A stretch of 64,000 nucleotides of DNA from an uncultured Oscillospiraceae bacterium (GCA_902489545.1 CABUAK010000001.1:31948-95947), one strand, 5' to 3'. Positions 38,280 to 47,600 are shown, counted from the stretch's first letter. Made by a program: numbers and translations. Notes: generated from the letters alone by a model not told the origin.

Positions 38280-39212
38280 ATGAAAAAGTGGTTCATCGGA
38301 GTAGACGGGGGCGGCACAAAAACGGCGGTCGCCGTCTCGTTGCCGGATGGAAAACCAGTAGCGGAGACAGTCGGGAAAGGGTGCTCCTATCAGATGCTGG
38401 GCGTTGATGGCGCCGTCACGGTCATCATCAAGGAGGTGCGTTCCTGCCTGGAGGCCGCCGGAATCACCTTGGATGACTGCGCCGGGTGCTGCCTTGGAGT
38501 TCCTTGCTATGGCGAGAACGCCGAAAACGATGCCGCGATAACGGAGGCACTGCGGCAGGCACTCTCCCCTGTTCCGGTCCACATCGTCAATGATGTGGAA
38601 GTGGGATGGGCTGGAGCTCTGGCCTGTCAAGCGGGAATCCATATCGTGGCGGGGACCGGGGCCATTGCCTTTGGCAAAGGTCTGGACCAGCGGGCTGCCC
38701 GATGCGGCGGCTGGAATGAGTTCTTTGGCGACGAAGGCTCCTGTTACTGGGTCGGGAGGGAGGCCATGAGTCTCTTTACCAAGCAGGCGGATGGACGCAT
38801 CCCCCGCGGGCCCCTCTATGACGTTGTACGGCGGGAACTGTCATTGTCCAAAGACATGAGGTTCATTGACATTGTAGTAAGCGATTTGGCCCCCTATCGG
38901 GACAAAGTTGCCGCTTTCCAACTCTATGCCAGTCAAGCGGCAAAACTGGGCGATCCGGCAGCGGTGTTGCTGTACGAGAGAGCGGCCCGGGAGCTTGCGC
39001 TGCTGGCGGGTGCTTTACGAAAAGAGTTGGTACTGCCGGAAACAGCCAGTGTTACCTACTCTGGCGGACTGTTTCGGACAGGCAGCCTGATTCTCGATCC
39101 GTTGGCAAGGGAACTGGATGGCTGTGGCTGCGTCTTGCGGAAACCGGAGAAAAGTGCTCTGGAAGGTGCGCTGCTGCTGGCTGTCAAACAATTTCACGGG
39201 AAAGGCAGGTAA
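38280..39212 (+). CDS. BadF/BadG/BcrA/BcrD-type ATPase (N-acetylglucosamine kinase-like sugar kinase)
   Basis: N-terminal ASKHA signature GVDGGGTKT; eukaryotic-type NAGK-like length; RBS GGAGG. Confidence 0.75.
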   Translation: MKKWFIGVDGGGTKTAVAVSLPDGKPVAETVGKGCSYQMLGVDGAVTVIIKEVRSCLEAAGITLDDCAGCCLGVPCYGENAENDAAITEALRQALSPVPVHIVNDVEVGWAGALACQAGIHIVAGTGAIAFGKGLDQRAARCGGWNEFFGDEGSCYWVGREAMSLFTKQADGRIPRGPLYDVVRRELSLSKDMRFIDIVVSDLAPYRDKVAAFQLYASQAAKLGDPAAVLLYERAARELALLAGALRKELVLPETASVTYSGGLFRTGSLILDPLARELDGCGCVLRKPEKSALEGALLLAVKQFHGKGR

Positions 39213-39217
39213 AAACT

Positions 39218-40255
39218 ATGTATTTGACTGAAGCGGAGATCCTGGATACTCCGCTGGCTCTGGCCTCCACCTGCGACTACTTTAAGAAGCGCGACGGAGA
39301 TCTGGCCGAATTTTTCGCAAAACACACGCAGAGGAAATTCGCCGTCCTGGGCTGCGGCTCCAGCTTTATGCTGGCAAAGAGCGCCGCGACACTGCTGGCA
39401 TCGATGCCCGATACCGTTGCCAGTGCGATCCCTGCCGGTGACTATATCCTCAATTATGATTTCTGGCAGGAGACCGTTCGGGGCAGCATCGTCATTCTGC
39501 TTTCCCGCTCCGGCAAGACCTCTGAGATGGTCTGGGCGCTCAAACACATTAAGGAAACCCTGGGCTGCCCGGCTATTTCCATTACTATGAAGGCAGAGAA
39601 CGATCTCACACCGCTGTGCGACCTGAATCTGGTGCTGGATTGGTGCTACGACAACAGTGTCTGCCAGACCCGCACGGTGACGAACCTCTACACTGCATCT
39701 CTGCTGCTGGCAGCCAAATATGCCGGCAAGGACGATTTGCGGAAGAGCGTTCTGGCGGCGGCGGAGAACAGCAACGCCTTCAATCTCAGGTACCGTCCCA
39801 TGCTCCAGGAGATTGCCGCCATGGATTGGGACCATGCGGTGGTCCTGGCCGATGGGCCGGTGAGCGGCATTGCCGAGGAGGGCGCGCTGGCTTTTACGGA
39901 GATTGCTATGCTGCCGGGCTGGTGCTTCCATCTGCTGGACTACCGCCACGGCCCCATCGTGGTCAGCGGCGGCAAAACCCTGACGCTTGTACTCCTGCGT
40001 CCCGGCGAGGGCGAACTGCAGGGTAAGATGGTTCAGGATGTAATGGCCCGGGGGAGCATCGTGGTGACGATCTCCGACCAGGCAGAAAATCTGTATGGCG
40101 CAGCGGCCCACGTTCAGATCACGGGTGTGGATGACTTCGCCGCTTGGGGCATTCTCTTTATCTACGTGGCCCAGATGACCGCGCTGCTCAAGGCGCTGGC
40201 CTTGGGCGGCAACCCGGATCAGCCCAAGGGGCTGGATGCGTACATTTCTCTTTGA
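39218..40255 (+). CDS. Double-SIS-domain sugar-phosphate isomerase/deaminase (AgaS/FrlB/GlmS-C-like)
   Basis: Two SIS domains (GCGSS...SRSGKTSE motif); 345 aa. Confidence 0.75.
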   Translation: MYLTEAEILDTPLALASTCDYFKKRDGDLAEFFAKHTQRKFAVLGCGSSFMLAKSAATLLASMPDTVASAIPAGDYILNYDFWQETVRGSIVILLSRSGKTSEMVWALKHIKETLGCPAISITMKAENDLTPLCDLNLVLDWCYDNSVCQTRTVTNLYTASLLLAAKYAGKDDLRKSVLAAAENSNAFNLRYRPMLQEIAAMDWDHAVVLADGPVSGIAEEGALAFTEIAMLPGWCFHLLDYRHGPIVVSGGKTLTLVLLRPGEGELQGKMVQDVMARGSIVVTISDQAENLYGAAAHVQITGVDDFAAWGILFIYVAQMTALLKALALGGNPDQPKGLDAYISL

Positions 40256-40430
40256 TGGGAAACTGCCCAGCTAACTGCTGGTGCTTTTCCGTAGCGGAGA
40301 AAAATACTGGAAATGTTAAGAGGCAGAAACAGGATTGGCAATATGTGCCAATTTGGGAGTTCTATTCCGCAAGTAACGAGTAAGAACTAAGCAGAAAGAA
40401 CGGAACGAATTAATGGAGGAGGTTCACGAA

Positions 40431-40496
40431 ATGCGTAGACGAAACAGAAGCAGGTTCCTGGCAATGCTTTTAAGCTTTGTGTTCACAGTTCAGTGA
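40431..40496 (+). pseudogene. 21-codon ORF resembling an orphan signal peptide (MRRRNRSRFLAMLLSFVFTVQ), a possible remnant of a deleted solute-binding protein gene
   Basis: Strong SD GGAGGAGG 9 nt upstream; basic N-terminal region plus hydrophobic core, then an immediate stop. Confidence 0.25.
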
Positions 40497-40586
40497 TCTC
40501 CTCACCCTCACCCCTCAGAAGACGGGAACACAAAACCGATGCGAAAAGTGGATATACGGCAAATTTAGAGCAAAGAAGGAGAAGGC

Positions 40587-41957
40587 ATGAATAAAATAAC
40601 ATTTCTGGGCGCAGGAAGTTCCGTATTCGCTAAAAATGTTCTGGGTGATTGTATGATGACGGAGGCTATGAGCGATTGGGAATATGCCCTGTTCGACATC
40701 AATCCTCAGCGCCTTGAAGAATCATACAAAATGCTTTCCAGCATCAATTGCAACTGCAACAGCGGAAAAGCCAAAATTGTCAAGTATGATAATCGGCTGG
40801 AGTCCCTCCGCGATGCAAAATACGTTGTCAATGCGATTCAGGTAGGCGGGTATGATCCTTGTACTATTACCGATTTTGAAATTCCCAAGAAATATGGTTT
40901 GCGTCAGACGATTGGCGACACCAACGGCATTGGCGGCATCTTCCGCGGGCTGCGTACTATCCCTGTTATGAGGGGATTTGCCGAAGATATGGAGAAGGTC
41001 TGCCCGGATGCGCTGTTCATCAATTACACAAACCCCATGTCCATTCTGACATTGGCATGGAACCGGTACTCCAGTATCAAGGCCGTTGGGTTGTGCCATT
41101 CCCATCAGGAGTGTATCCCAAGCCTTTTCGGCAAACTCGGCCTGCCTCAAAACAATCTGAAGTATAAGATTGCGGGCATCAATCATATGGCATGGCTGCT
41201 GGAGGTCACTCGCGAGGGAGAAGATTTGTACCCCATGATTAAGCAGAGAGCGGCTGAAGGACCAATTATTGATTCCTATGCGGAAGCCCGCAAGATATAT
41301 CGTCAGATTCCGCGCATTGAGGGTGAATTTACCGTTGACAACAATGACGATATGGTTCGCTTTGAATTGATGAAGCAGTTCGGTTACTATGTGACAGAAT
41401 CCAGTGAGCACAGTGCCGAGTACTACCCCTATTTCATCAAGAAAGAGCACCCGGAGTTAATCAAAAGGTTCAACATTCCTCTCGACGAGTATCCCCGCCG
41501 CTGCTTAATTCAGATTGAGGAATGGGCAGAACAAGCAGAAAAGCTGATCCACGATGAAAAACTGACCCACACCCACAGTCATGAATATGCCTCCGGAATC
41601 ATTGAGGCTATTGAGACTGGCAAGCCGTTCTCGTTCGGCGGAAATGTGATGAATACCGGTCTAATCGACAACCTTCCCGCAGATTGCTGTGTTGAGGTCA
41701 CGTGCCTTGCCAATGAAGGCGGCATCCAGCCCTGCCATATTGGAGCATTACCCCACCAGTTGGCAGCATTGAATATGCGGCAGATCAGTGTGCATCAGCT
41801 TACAGTGGATGCTGCACTTACTGGAAAAAAGGACTACATCTACCAGGCGGCGATGTTAGATCCCCATGCCTCTGCCGAACTGACCATTGATGAGATCCGC
41901 TCTATGGTAGATGATCTCATTGCCGCTCATGGCGATTGGTTGCCTGCATACCACTGA
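40587..41957 (+). CDS. Glycoside hydrolase family 4 (NAD+/Mn2+-dependent alpha-glycosidase)
   Basis: N-terminal Rossmann motif KITFLGAGSSVF and GH4 conserved regions; about 44% GC; RBS AAGGAGAAGG. Confidence 0.85.
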   Translation: MNKITFLGAGSSVFAKNVLGDCMMTEAMSDWEYALFDINPQRLEESYKMLSSINCNCNSGKAKIVKYDNRLESLRDAKYVVNAIQVGGYDPCTITDFEIPKKYGLRQTIGDTNGIGGIFRGLRTIPVMRGFAEDMEKVCPDALFINYTNPMSILTLAWNRYSSIKAVGLCHSHQECIPSLFGKLGLPQNNLKYKIAGINHMAWLLEVTREGEDLYPMIKQRAAEGPIIDSYAEARKIYRQIPRIEGEFTVDNNDDMVRFELMKQFGYYVTESSEHSAEYYPYFIKKEHPELIKRFNIPLDEYPRRCLIQIEEWAEQAEKLIHDEKLTHTHSHEYASGIIEAIETGKPFSFGGNVMNTGLIDNLPADCCVEVTCLANEGGIQPCHIGALPHQLAALNMRQISVHQLTVDAALTGKKDYIYQAAMLDPHASAELTIDEIRSMVDDLIAAHGDWLPAYH

Positions 41958-41978
41958 GACTGAGAAGGGAGAAATGAC

Positions 41979-43370
41979 ATGTCAAATGATATGAAAAGCA
42001 CTGTAAAGACAGAAGAGCCAAAAATGTGTACCAAGAAAGAGCAGATAGGTCATGCTCTCGGTGTGCTGGGTCATGATTCTGCATATACTATGTGGGGAAC
42101 TTGGATGATGCCATTCATGACGGACATTCTGATGTTGCCCGCAGCGTTTATCGGAGTTCTTGGCACAGCGGGACGCTTTTTTGATGCGTTCACCGATATT
42201 TCCATGGGTGTGATTGCCGACCGCACCAGAAGCAAATGGGGGCGCTTCCGTCCTTGGGTTCTCCGGGCGGGTCCGCTGTTCTGTCTGCTGATGGCACTAA
42301 GCTTTATCAAATTGCCTATTGGCGTTACTGGTCTATGCGTTGTTGCCGGTGTACTGTATATCCTTACAGGGAGCATTGCCTTTACGGCGGTAGACATTCC
42401 TTTTTGGTCTCTGCCTGCTGCGATGACCAGCAATACAGCTGAGCGGTCCAGCATCATCGGCTCGACTACAACGGCATCTAATCTGGTTACTGGCCTGCTG
42501 GGGGTCGTTATGCCAATCATTCTGGCACAGTTCGGTACATACGAGTGGACATCGTATTTCTACATGGCACTGGTCTTTGCTATCTTTGCCTCCGTCATGT
42601 ACTTCCTGTGCTTTAGGATGGTAAAAGAGCATGTTGTGCCAGACGATACGGAGAAATTCAGCCTGGTATTGGCACTGAGGAACATCTTTACAAACCAGCC
42701 ATTGCTCTGTGTCCAAATCTCCAATATTTTCTGTCTGGGCGGCATGGTTCTCCGAGGATACCTACTGTATTACTACTGCCAATATAACTTGGGTAATGTG
42801 GCGCTGATGGCACCATTAAGTGCCATCGGTACGGTTGGTATGGTTGTCGGTGCAATTCTGTTTACCCTCTTAGCAAAATATATTGGCAAAAAGAACTGCA
42901 TGTTTGGTATCGCCATTATCTATGCAGCAACAAACATCGTTCTGTACTTCATTGGCTGGGGTAATTACGCACTATTGTGTGTGTGCGCAGCGATAACGAC
43001 GACCACAAGCGGAGCAGCTATCGTGTGCGTCAACGCAATGATGGCTGATACAATCGAATATGGCGAGTGGAAAACTGGTCAGCGTAATGAAGCAATGATT
43101 ACCTCCACCCGTTGCTTTGTTACAAAGTGTGTTGCTGCCCTGGCCGCTCTGGCGGTAGTCGCTGCAATCGGCATGACTGGAATGAATCCGGAAGCAGCCG
43201 TGCAGGCCCCCGCAGTTCTGAATGGGTTCCACCTTCTGTATACCTTAGTCAATGCCTGTGTCATGATTTTGGCTGTGATTCCGATGTTTTTCTATAAGCT
43301 GACTGAAAAACGTCACGCTGAGATTATGGAAGAACTGGCCGCCCGCAAGGCCAGCAAGGGCAATAACTAA
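41979..43370 (+). CDS. MFS transporter of the glycoside-pentoside-hexuronide (GPH):cation symporter family
   Basis: 12-TM pattern; GPH signature region (GVIADRTRSKWGRFRPW); about 45% GC. Confidence 0.8.
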   Translation: MSNDMKSTVKTEEPKMCTKKEQIGHALGVLGHDSAYTMWGTWMMPFMTDILMLPAAFIGVLGTAGRFFDAFTDISMGVIADRTRSKWGRFRPWVLRAGPLFCLLMALSFIKLPIGVTGLCVVAGVLYILTGSIAFTAVDIPFWSLPAAMTSNTAERSSIIGSTTTASNLVTGLLGVVMPIILAQFGTYEWTSYFYMALVFAIFASVMYFLCFRMVKEHVVPDDTEKFSLVLALRNIFTNQPLLCVQISNIFCLGGMVLRGYLLYYYCQYNLGNVALMAPLSAIGTVGMVVGAILFTLLAKYIGKKNCMFGIAIIYAATNIVLYFIGWGNYALLCVCAAITTTTSGAAIVCVNAMMADTIEYGEWKTGQRNEAMITSTRCFVTKCVAALAALAVVAAIGMTGMNPEAAVQAPAVLNGFHLLYTLVNACVMILAVIPMFFYKLTEKRHAEIMEELAARKASKGNN

Positions 43371-43458
43371 ACCATTCTCTCTCCCCTCACACATAGCGCA
43401 GCCCCCAAGAGGCGCCCGGCGGCAAGCGCCGGGCGTCTCGACTATTTCTGGAAAGGCA

Positions 43459-44784
43459 ATGACAATGAAAACAAACAAAAAAAACCCAATTTTGAGCCTA
43501 CTGCATAACCGCGATGTCAATCGCGAAAAAGGGATTTATTCCTGCTGCAGTGCAAATGAGTATGTCATCCGGGCCGCCCTCCGCCGTGCCAAAGCCAATA
43601 ACACTGTAGTCCTGGTGGAGTCCACCGCCAACCAAGTCAATCAGAACGGCGGTTACACTGGCATGACCCCCGCCGCGTTCCGGCAATTTCTGGATCGCCT
43701 GGCTGCCGAGGAGGATTTCCCCGTCGAAAGCCTGCTCTGCGGCGGCGACCACTTGGGCCCTCTGACCTGGACGGCTCTCCCCGAGGCTCAGGCCATGGCC
43801 AACGCGGAGGAGCTGATCCGCTCCTATGTGCTGGCGGGCTTCTCCAAGATACATATTGATACCAGTATGCGCGTGGCAGACGACGACCCCAACGCCCGCC
43901 TGTCCGACGAGACCATTGCCCGGCGGGGGGCCCAGCTCTGCCGCACGGCGGAGGACGCCTTCGCCCAGTACAGCGAGGCGCACCCGGAGGCCCCCGCCCC
44001 GGTGTACGTCATTGGCAGCGAGGTCCCCATCCCCGGCGGGGCCCAGGAGAACGAAGACAGCGTGGCCGTCACCTCTCCGGCGGACTGCGAGGCCACGCTG
44101 GTGGAGTTCCGCCGCGCCTTCGCCGCTCAGGGGCTGAAGAATGCCTGGGAGCGGGTAGCCGCGCTAGTGGTGCAGCCGGGAGTAGAATTTGCGGACGACA
44201 GCGTCGTCACCTATGACCGCGCCGCTGCCAGGGAACTGATGGCGTGTCTGGACAACCACCCTGGCTTGGTCTTCGAGGGCCATTCCACCGACTACCAGCC
44301 CAAGGAGCGCCTGCGGGAGATGGTAGAGGACGGCGTGGCGATCCTGAAAGTGGGACCCGCCCTGACCTTTGCCCTGCGGGAGGGGCTGTTCGCTCTGGAG
44401 CAGATCGAGCGGGAGCTGTACGGCGTCAGCGACTTCCCCCGCTCCCATTTCCGCGCCGTGCTGGAGCAGGCCATGCTGGAGGACAAGAGCCAGTGGGCGA
44501 AATACTACCACGGTGATCTGCCCCGGAAGCGGTACGCCCGGGCGTTCAGCTACTCCGACAGGGCCCGATACTACCTGGTGAACCCCAAGGTGCGCTCCGC
44601 CACGCAAACGCTCCTTACCAATCTGGACGCCGCGAGTATTCCCATGGCCCTGCTCAGCCAGTACATGCCGGTGCAGTACGCCCGGGTACAATCGGGGAAG
44701 CTGCCGCTGCGGGCTACTGATCTCCTGATTGACCGGGTGGGAGATTGTATTGACGACTATCTGTATGCCACGATATGGCAGTAA
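43459..44784 (+). CDS. D-tagatose-bisphosphate aldolase non-catalytic subunit family (GatZ/KbaZ)
   Basis: Length and conserved GatZ/KbaZ regions (CSANEYVIRAAL...VLVESTANQVNQNGGYTGMTP). Confidence 0.8.
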   Translation: MTMKTNKKNPILSLLHNRDVNREKGIYSCCSANEYVIRAALRRAKANNTVVLVESTANQVNQNGGYTGMTPAAFRQFLDRLAAEEDFPVESLLCGGDHLGPLTWTALPEAQAMANAEELIRSYVLAGFSKIHIDTSMRVADDDPNARLSDETIARRGAQLCRTAEDAFAQYSEAHPEAPAPVYVIGSEVPIPGGAQENEDSVAVTSPADCEATLVEFRRAFAAQGLKNAWERVAALVVQPGVEFADDSVVTYDRAAARELMACLDNHPGLVFEGHSTDYQPKERLREMVEDGVAILKVGPALTFALREGLFALEQIERELYGVSDFPRSHFRAVLEQAMLEDKSQWAKYYHGDLPRKRYARAFSYSDRARYYLVNPKVRSATQTLLTNLDAASIPMALLSQYMPVQYARVQSGKLPLRATDLLIDRVGDCIDDYLYATIWQ

Positions 44785-44800
44785 ACAAAGGGGGATAACC

Positions 44801-45661
44801 ATGCCATTAGTCAACAGCAGAGAACTTTTGAAGGACGCGCAGGCCCACGGCTACGCCGTCGGCGCGTTCAACGTAGAAAATATGGAAATGATGCAGGCAG
44901 TAGTGGCCGCAGCGGAGGCCGAGTCCGCGCCGCTGATGCTGCAGACCACGCCCTCCACCCTTCGCTATGCGGGACCATCAGTCTTTGCCGCCATGGCCCA
45001 GGCCATCGCCGGAAAGGCCCATGTCCCTGTGGCGATCCATCTGGATCATGGGGACAGCTTCAAGCTGTGCCGACAGGCCGCTTGGGACGGATACACATCG
45101 ATAATGATCGACGGTTCCAAGCTGTCCCTGGAGGATAACATCACTTTGGTGCGCCGGGTGGTGCAGATGGCTGGGGATGTGCCCCGGCAGCCCGCCGTGG
45201 AGGCGGAGCTGGGGCGCTTGGGTGGTAAGGAGGACAGCCTGGAGGTAAAGCCCGGTGAGGACATTTATACCGATCCCGGCGAAGCAGCCCGTTTCGTGGA
45301 GGAGACAGGAGTCGATTCCCTGGCGGTAGCCATCGGCACGGCTCATGGGTTTTATAAAGGCAAACCCAAGCTGGACTTTGACAGGCTGGCTCAGTTGCGG
45401 GACGCAGTATCTGTGCCGCTGGTGCTCCACGGATCTTCCGGTGTTCCGGATGAGGATGTGCAGAGGGCGATTTCTCTGGGCGTGTGCAAGGTGAACTTCG
45501 CCACGGAGTTGCGGGCCGCCTATACGGAAGCCACCCGGAAGACTCTTTCCAGTGACCCGGATCTGTATGATCCCAAGAAATTTGGTAGTCCCGGTCGGGA
45601 GGCTGTGACAAAACTGGTGCGCCACCGGATTGCCGTCTGCGGATCGTGTAATCGCGTATAA
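44801..45661 (+). CDS. Class II fructose/tagatose-bisphosphate aldolase (KbaY/GatY/FbaA family)
   Basis: Zn-ligand motifs (HLDHG, HGSSG); ATG at 44801 after AAAGGGGGA. Confidence 0.85.
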   Translation: MPLVNSRELLKDAQAHGYAVGAFNVENMEMMQAVVAAAEAESAPLMLQTTPSTLRYAGPSVFAAMAQAIAGKAHVPVAIHLDHGDSFKLCRQAAWDGYTSIMIDGSKLSLEDNITLVRRVVQMAGDVPRQPAVEAELGRLGGKEDSLEVKPGEDIYTDPGEAARFVEETGVDSLAVAIGTAHGFYKGKPKLDFDRLAQLRDAVSVPLVLHGSSGVPDEDVQRAISLGVCKVNFATELRAAYTEATRKTLSSDPDLYDPKKFGSPGREAVTKLVRHRIAVCGSCNRV

Positions 45662-46125
45662 GCTCTATTGGAGGACTGAATTTGTCTTTATGTCAGATCA
45701 ATTTATGCTCAACTGAAATATATAAGTCTGTTGATGGTCTGATACATATGGCAATTCAGCCCTCCCAGTCTGTAATGATGGGCCAATTCTCAAAGGAGGA
45801 GTAAAAGTGGTTGTTTTAGGGGGTGATAACTAGAGGGGCGGGATAAAGCTCCCTCTTGGACTTTGGAGTTGCAAACCGACCTTGGTTGCACAACTTAACG
45901 GAGGTAGAAAGCATAACAGAGATAACTTAACACGCGTCTTGCGGCGAGGTTTAGAGGCAGCGGAGGACCACTGCCTCCTCTCGGCGACCGCTTTGAACTT
46001 AAAAAGGATGATAAAATGTATGGGATGACGCCGATGGGCGTCTTTTTTACTGCCATTTTTCCACTCAAAATAAATGAACACGCACTTTGTCAACAGCTCC
46101 AAAATGTCCCAAGGCGGAGGCATCC

Positions 46126-46154
46126 TTGTTGTCCCGCCCGGACAGAGGTATAAT
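46126..46154 (+). promoter_or_regulatory. Near-consensus sigma-A promoter driving the recombinase fragment
   Basis: TTGTTG, 17-nt spacer, TATAAT, followed by GGGAAGGAGG and ATG at 46186. Confidence 0.45.
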
Positions 46155-46185
46155 ATAGATGTAATGTGATAGGGAAGGAGGAACA

Positions 46186-46353
46186 ATGGCACGAACAAAA
46201 AACAGAGGATTGCAACAGAGTTTCTCTCCCTCTTATACCGTTCCCCGCTGGCGGCTGGGCGAATACATCCGACTTTCTAAGGAGGACTTGAAAAAGGGAA
46301 AGGACGATAGCAATAGCGTCATCGACCAGCGTGATCTGCTCAATGACTATTGA
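46186..46353 (+). pseudogene. N-terminal 55-codon fragment of a large serine recombinase (truncated remnant)
   Basis: MARTKNRGLQQSFSPSYTVPRWRLGEYIRLSKEDLKKGKDDSNSVIDQRDLLNDY* carries the catalytic-Ser region (YIRLSKED) and the S-x-S-(I/V)-x-NQR motif of serine recombinases, then stops; the downstream sequence is unrelated. Confidence 0.5.
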
Positions 46354-46491
46354 TCATAGCCTGAATCAGAGAAGCCTCATTGTCATAGCTATGCTGTCCA
46401 TGTTTGTCGTCAGCGCCGCGTTCAACAAGACACAGCTGGTAAAAATATTTCCCGGGCAATTGTACATATCGCCAAGGGCAGCTTTACCAAG

Positions 46492-47514
46492 GTGATGGCG
46501 GGCTACATTCTCTGTGCCGCCCTTCTCTGCTCGCTGATCAGTTCCAAACTGATCCCATTCTGCATTTTGTATCCCCTTTTGGCCGGGACACTGGAGGACA
46601 TGGGTGTCAGTCCCAGCAAGGAAATGTTCCCTCTGGGCCTGACGTGTATTGCCTGCCTGGGGATCCTGCCCATCGGCAGCGGCGCCGCCAGCTTTGCCCA
46701 GTCCAACGCCTATCTGCAGGCCAGCAGCGTGACGGAATACGCCTTTGTAGCCACCAATACCTTTATGGGCCGCTGGCCGGTGCTGGTTGTCTGTGTGCTT
46801 TACGCAATTTTTCTGGCGCCGAAGCTGGCCCCTGATCGGCCCCCTGTGGCTATTAACGCCATGGAGAACGCCGCCGCGGGTCGCGCCGTCAATAAAGAGG
46901 CAATGGACCCCTTCCATGAGAAGTGCGGCTATATTGTCTTCTTTGCCGTAAGCATTGGCCTGCTTCTCTCCTCCACACTGGGTGTTCCCCCCTGGTTTAT
47001 CACCCTTGTGGGTGCGATGCTGGTGGTAATCACCGGCACGATGAAGCCCCGGGAGGCGGTAGCCGCCATGCCCATCGGCATTTGGCTGCTGTTCGTGGGG
47101 GCTATATGTCTGGCCAACGCGCTGAATCTGACGGGAGCCGGTGCCATGATCGGTGATTTTATTGCAAAGGTTTCCATGACACTGAAATACGACGTGCTCA
47201 TTTATGCCGTGTTTTTTATTGTACCCTTTGTTATGACGCAGTTTATATTCAACCAGACAGTATCCACCATCCTGATGCCGATTACCATCCAGGCCTGTAT
47301 GAGTTTGGGGGTCAATCCGGTTGGACCCATGATCTATGTGAGCGGCGCGGCGCTGACAGCGTTTATGTCCCCCATGGCCACCGGTACGGTTCCGTACTAT
47401 ATGGCGGCCGGTGGGTATGATATGCGCAGTGTGCTCAAGCAGTCCTGGCTGCCCGCGCTGCTGTTTGCGGTGGTACAGGTGGCGTGGATGTCTGTTGCCT
47501 TTCCGCTTCATTAA
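46492..47514 (+). CDS. Ion-transporter superfamily permease (SLC13/CitMHS/ArsB-NhaD-like), probably N-terminally truncated or frameshifted
   Basis: 340-aa polytopic membrane ORF with GTG start; a hydrophobic TM-like segment upstream (46343-46495) is in a different frame across an A5/T3/C3/G3 homopolymer region. Confidence 0.5.
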   Translation: MMAGYILCAALLCSLISSKLIPFCILYPLLAGTLEDMGVSPSKEMFPLGLTCIACLGILPIGSGAASFAQSNAYLQASSVTEYAFVATNTFMGRWPVLVVCVLYAIFLAPKLAPDRPPVAINAMENAAAGRAVNKEAMDPFHEKCGYIVFFAVSIGLLLSSTLGVPPWFITLVGAMLVVITGTMKPREAVAAMPIGIWLLFVGAICLANALNLTGAGAMIGDFIAKVSMTLKYDVLIYAVFFIVPFVMTQFIFNQTVSTILMPITIQACMSLGVNPVGPMIYVSGAALTAFMSPMATGTVPYYMAAGGYDMRSVLKQSWLPALLFAVVQVAWMSVAFPLH

Positions 47515-47564
47515 AGGCCGCACCCCGGTATCCGGTGCAGGCGCCGGGATAACCCAAAATCGCA

Positions 47565-47600
47565 ATCAGGCCGGGGACTTTGTCCCCTGGCCTGATTTTT
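47565..47600 (+). terminator. Rho-independent terminator after the transporter gene
   Basis: 14-bp stem atcaggccggggac/gtcccc(t)ggcctgat followed by TTTTT. Confidence 0.6.

Noticed and set aside
45662-46125. Possible riboswitch or ncRNA in the 460-bp ORF-free region after the aldolase gene
   Set aside because: Contains several short hairpins and one weak terminator-like stem-loop (gacgcc/ggcgtc followed by T7 at about 46020-46045). I could not match any known riboswitch consensus by eye. It is left as part of the island junction rather than called as a feature.
46366-47565. 399-aa minus-strand ORF opposite the transporter fragment
   Set aside because: Antisense; the translation is rich in His/Gly/Arg with no TM or domain signal, whereas the + strand encodes a clear polytopic permease.
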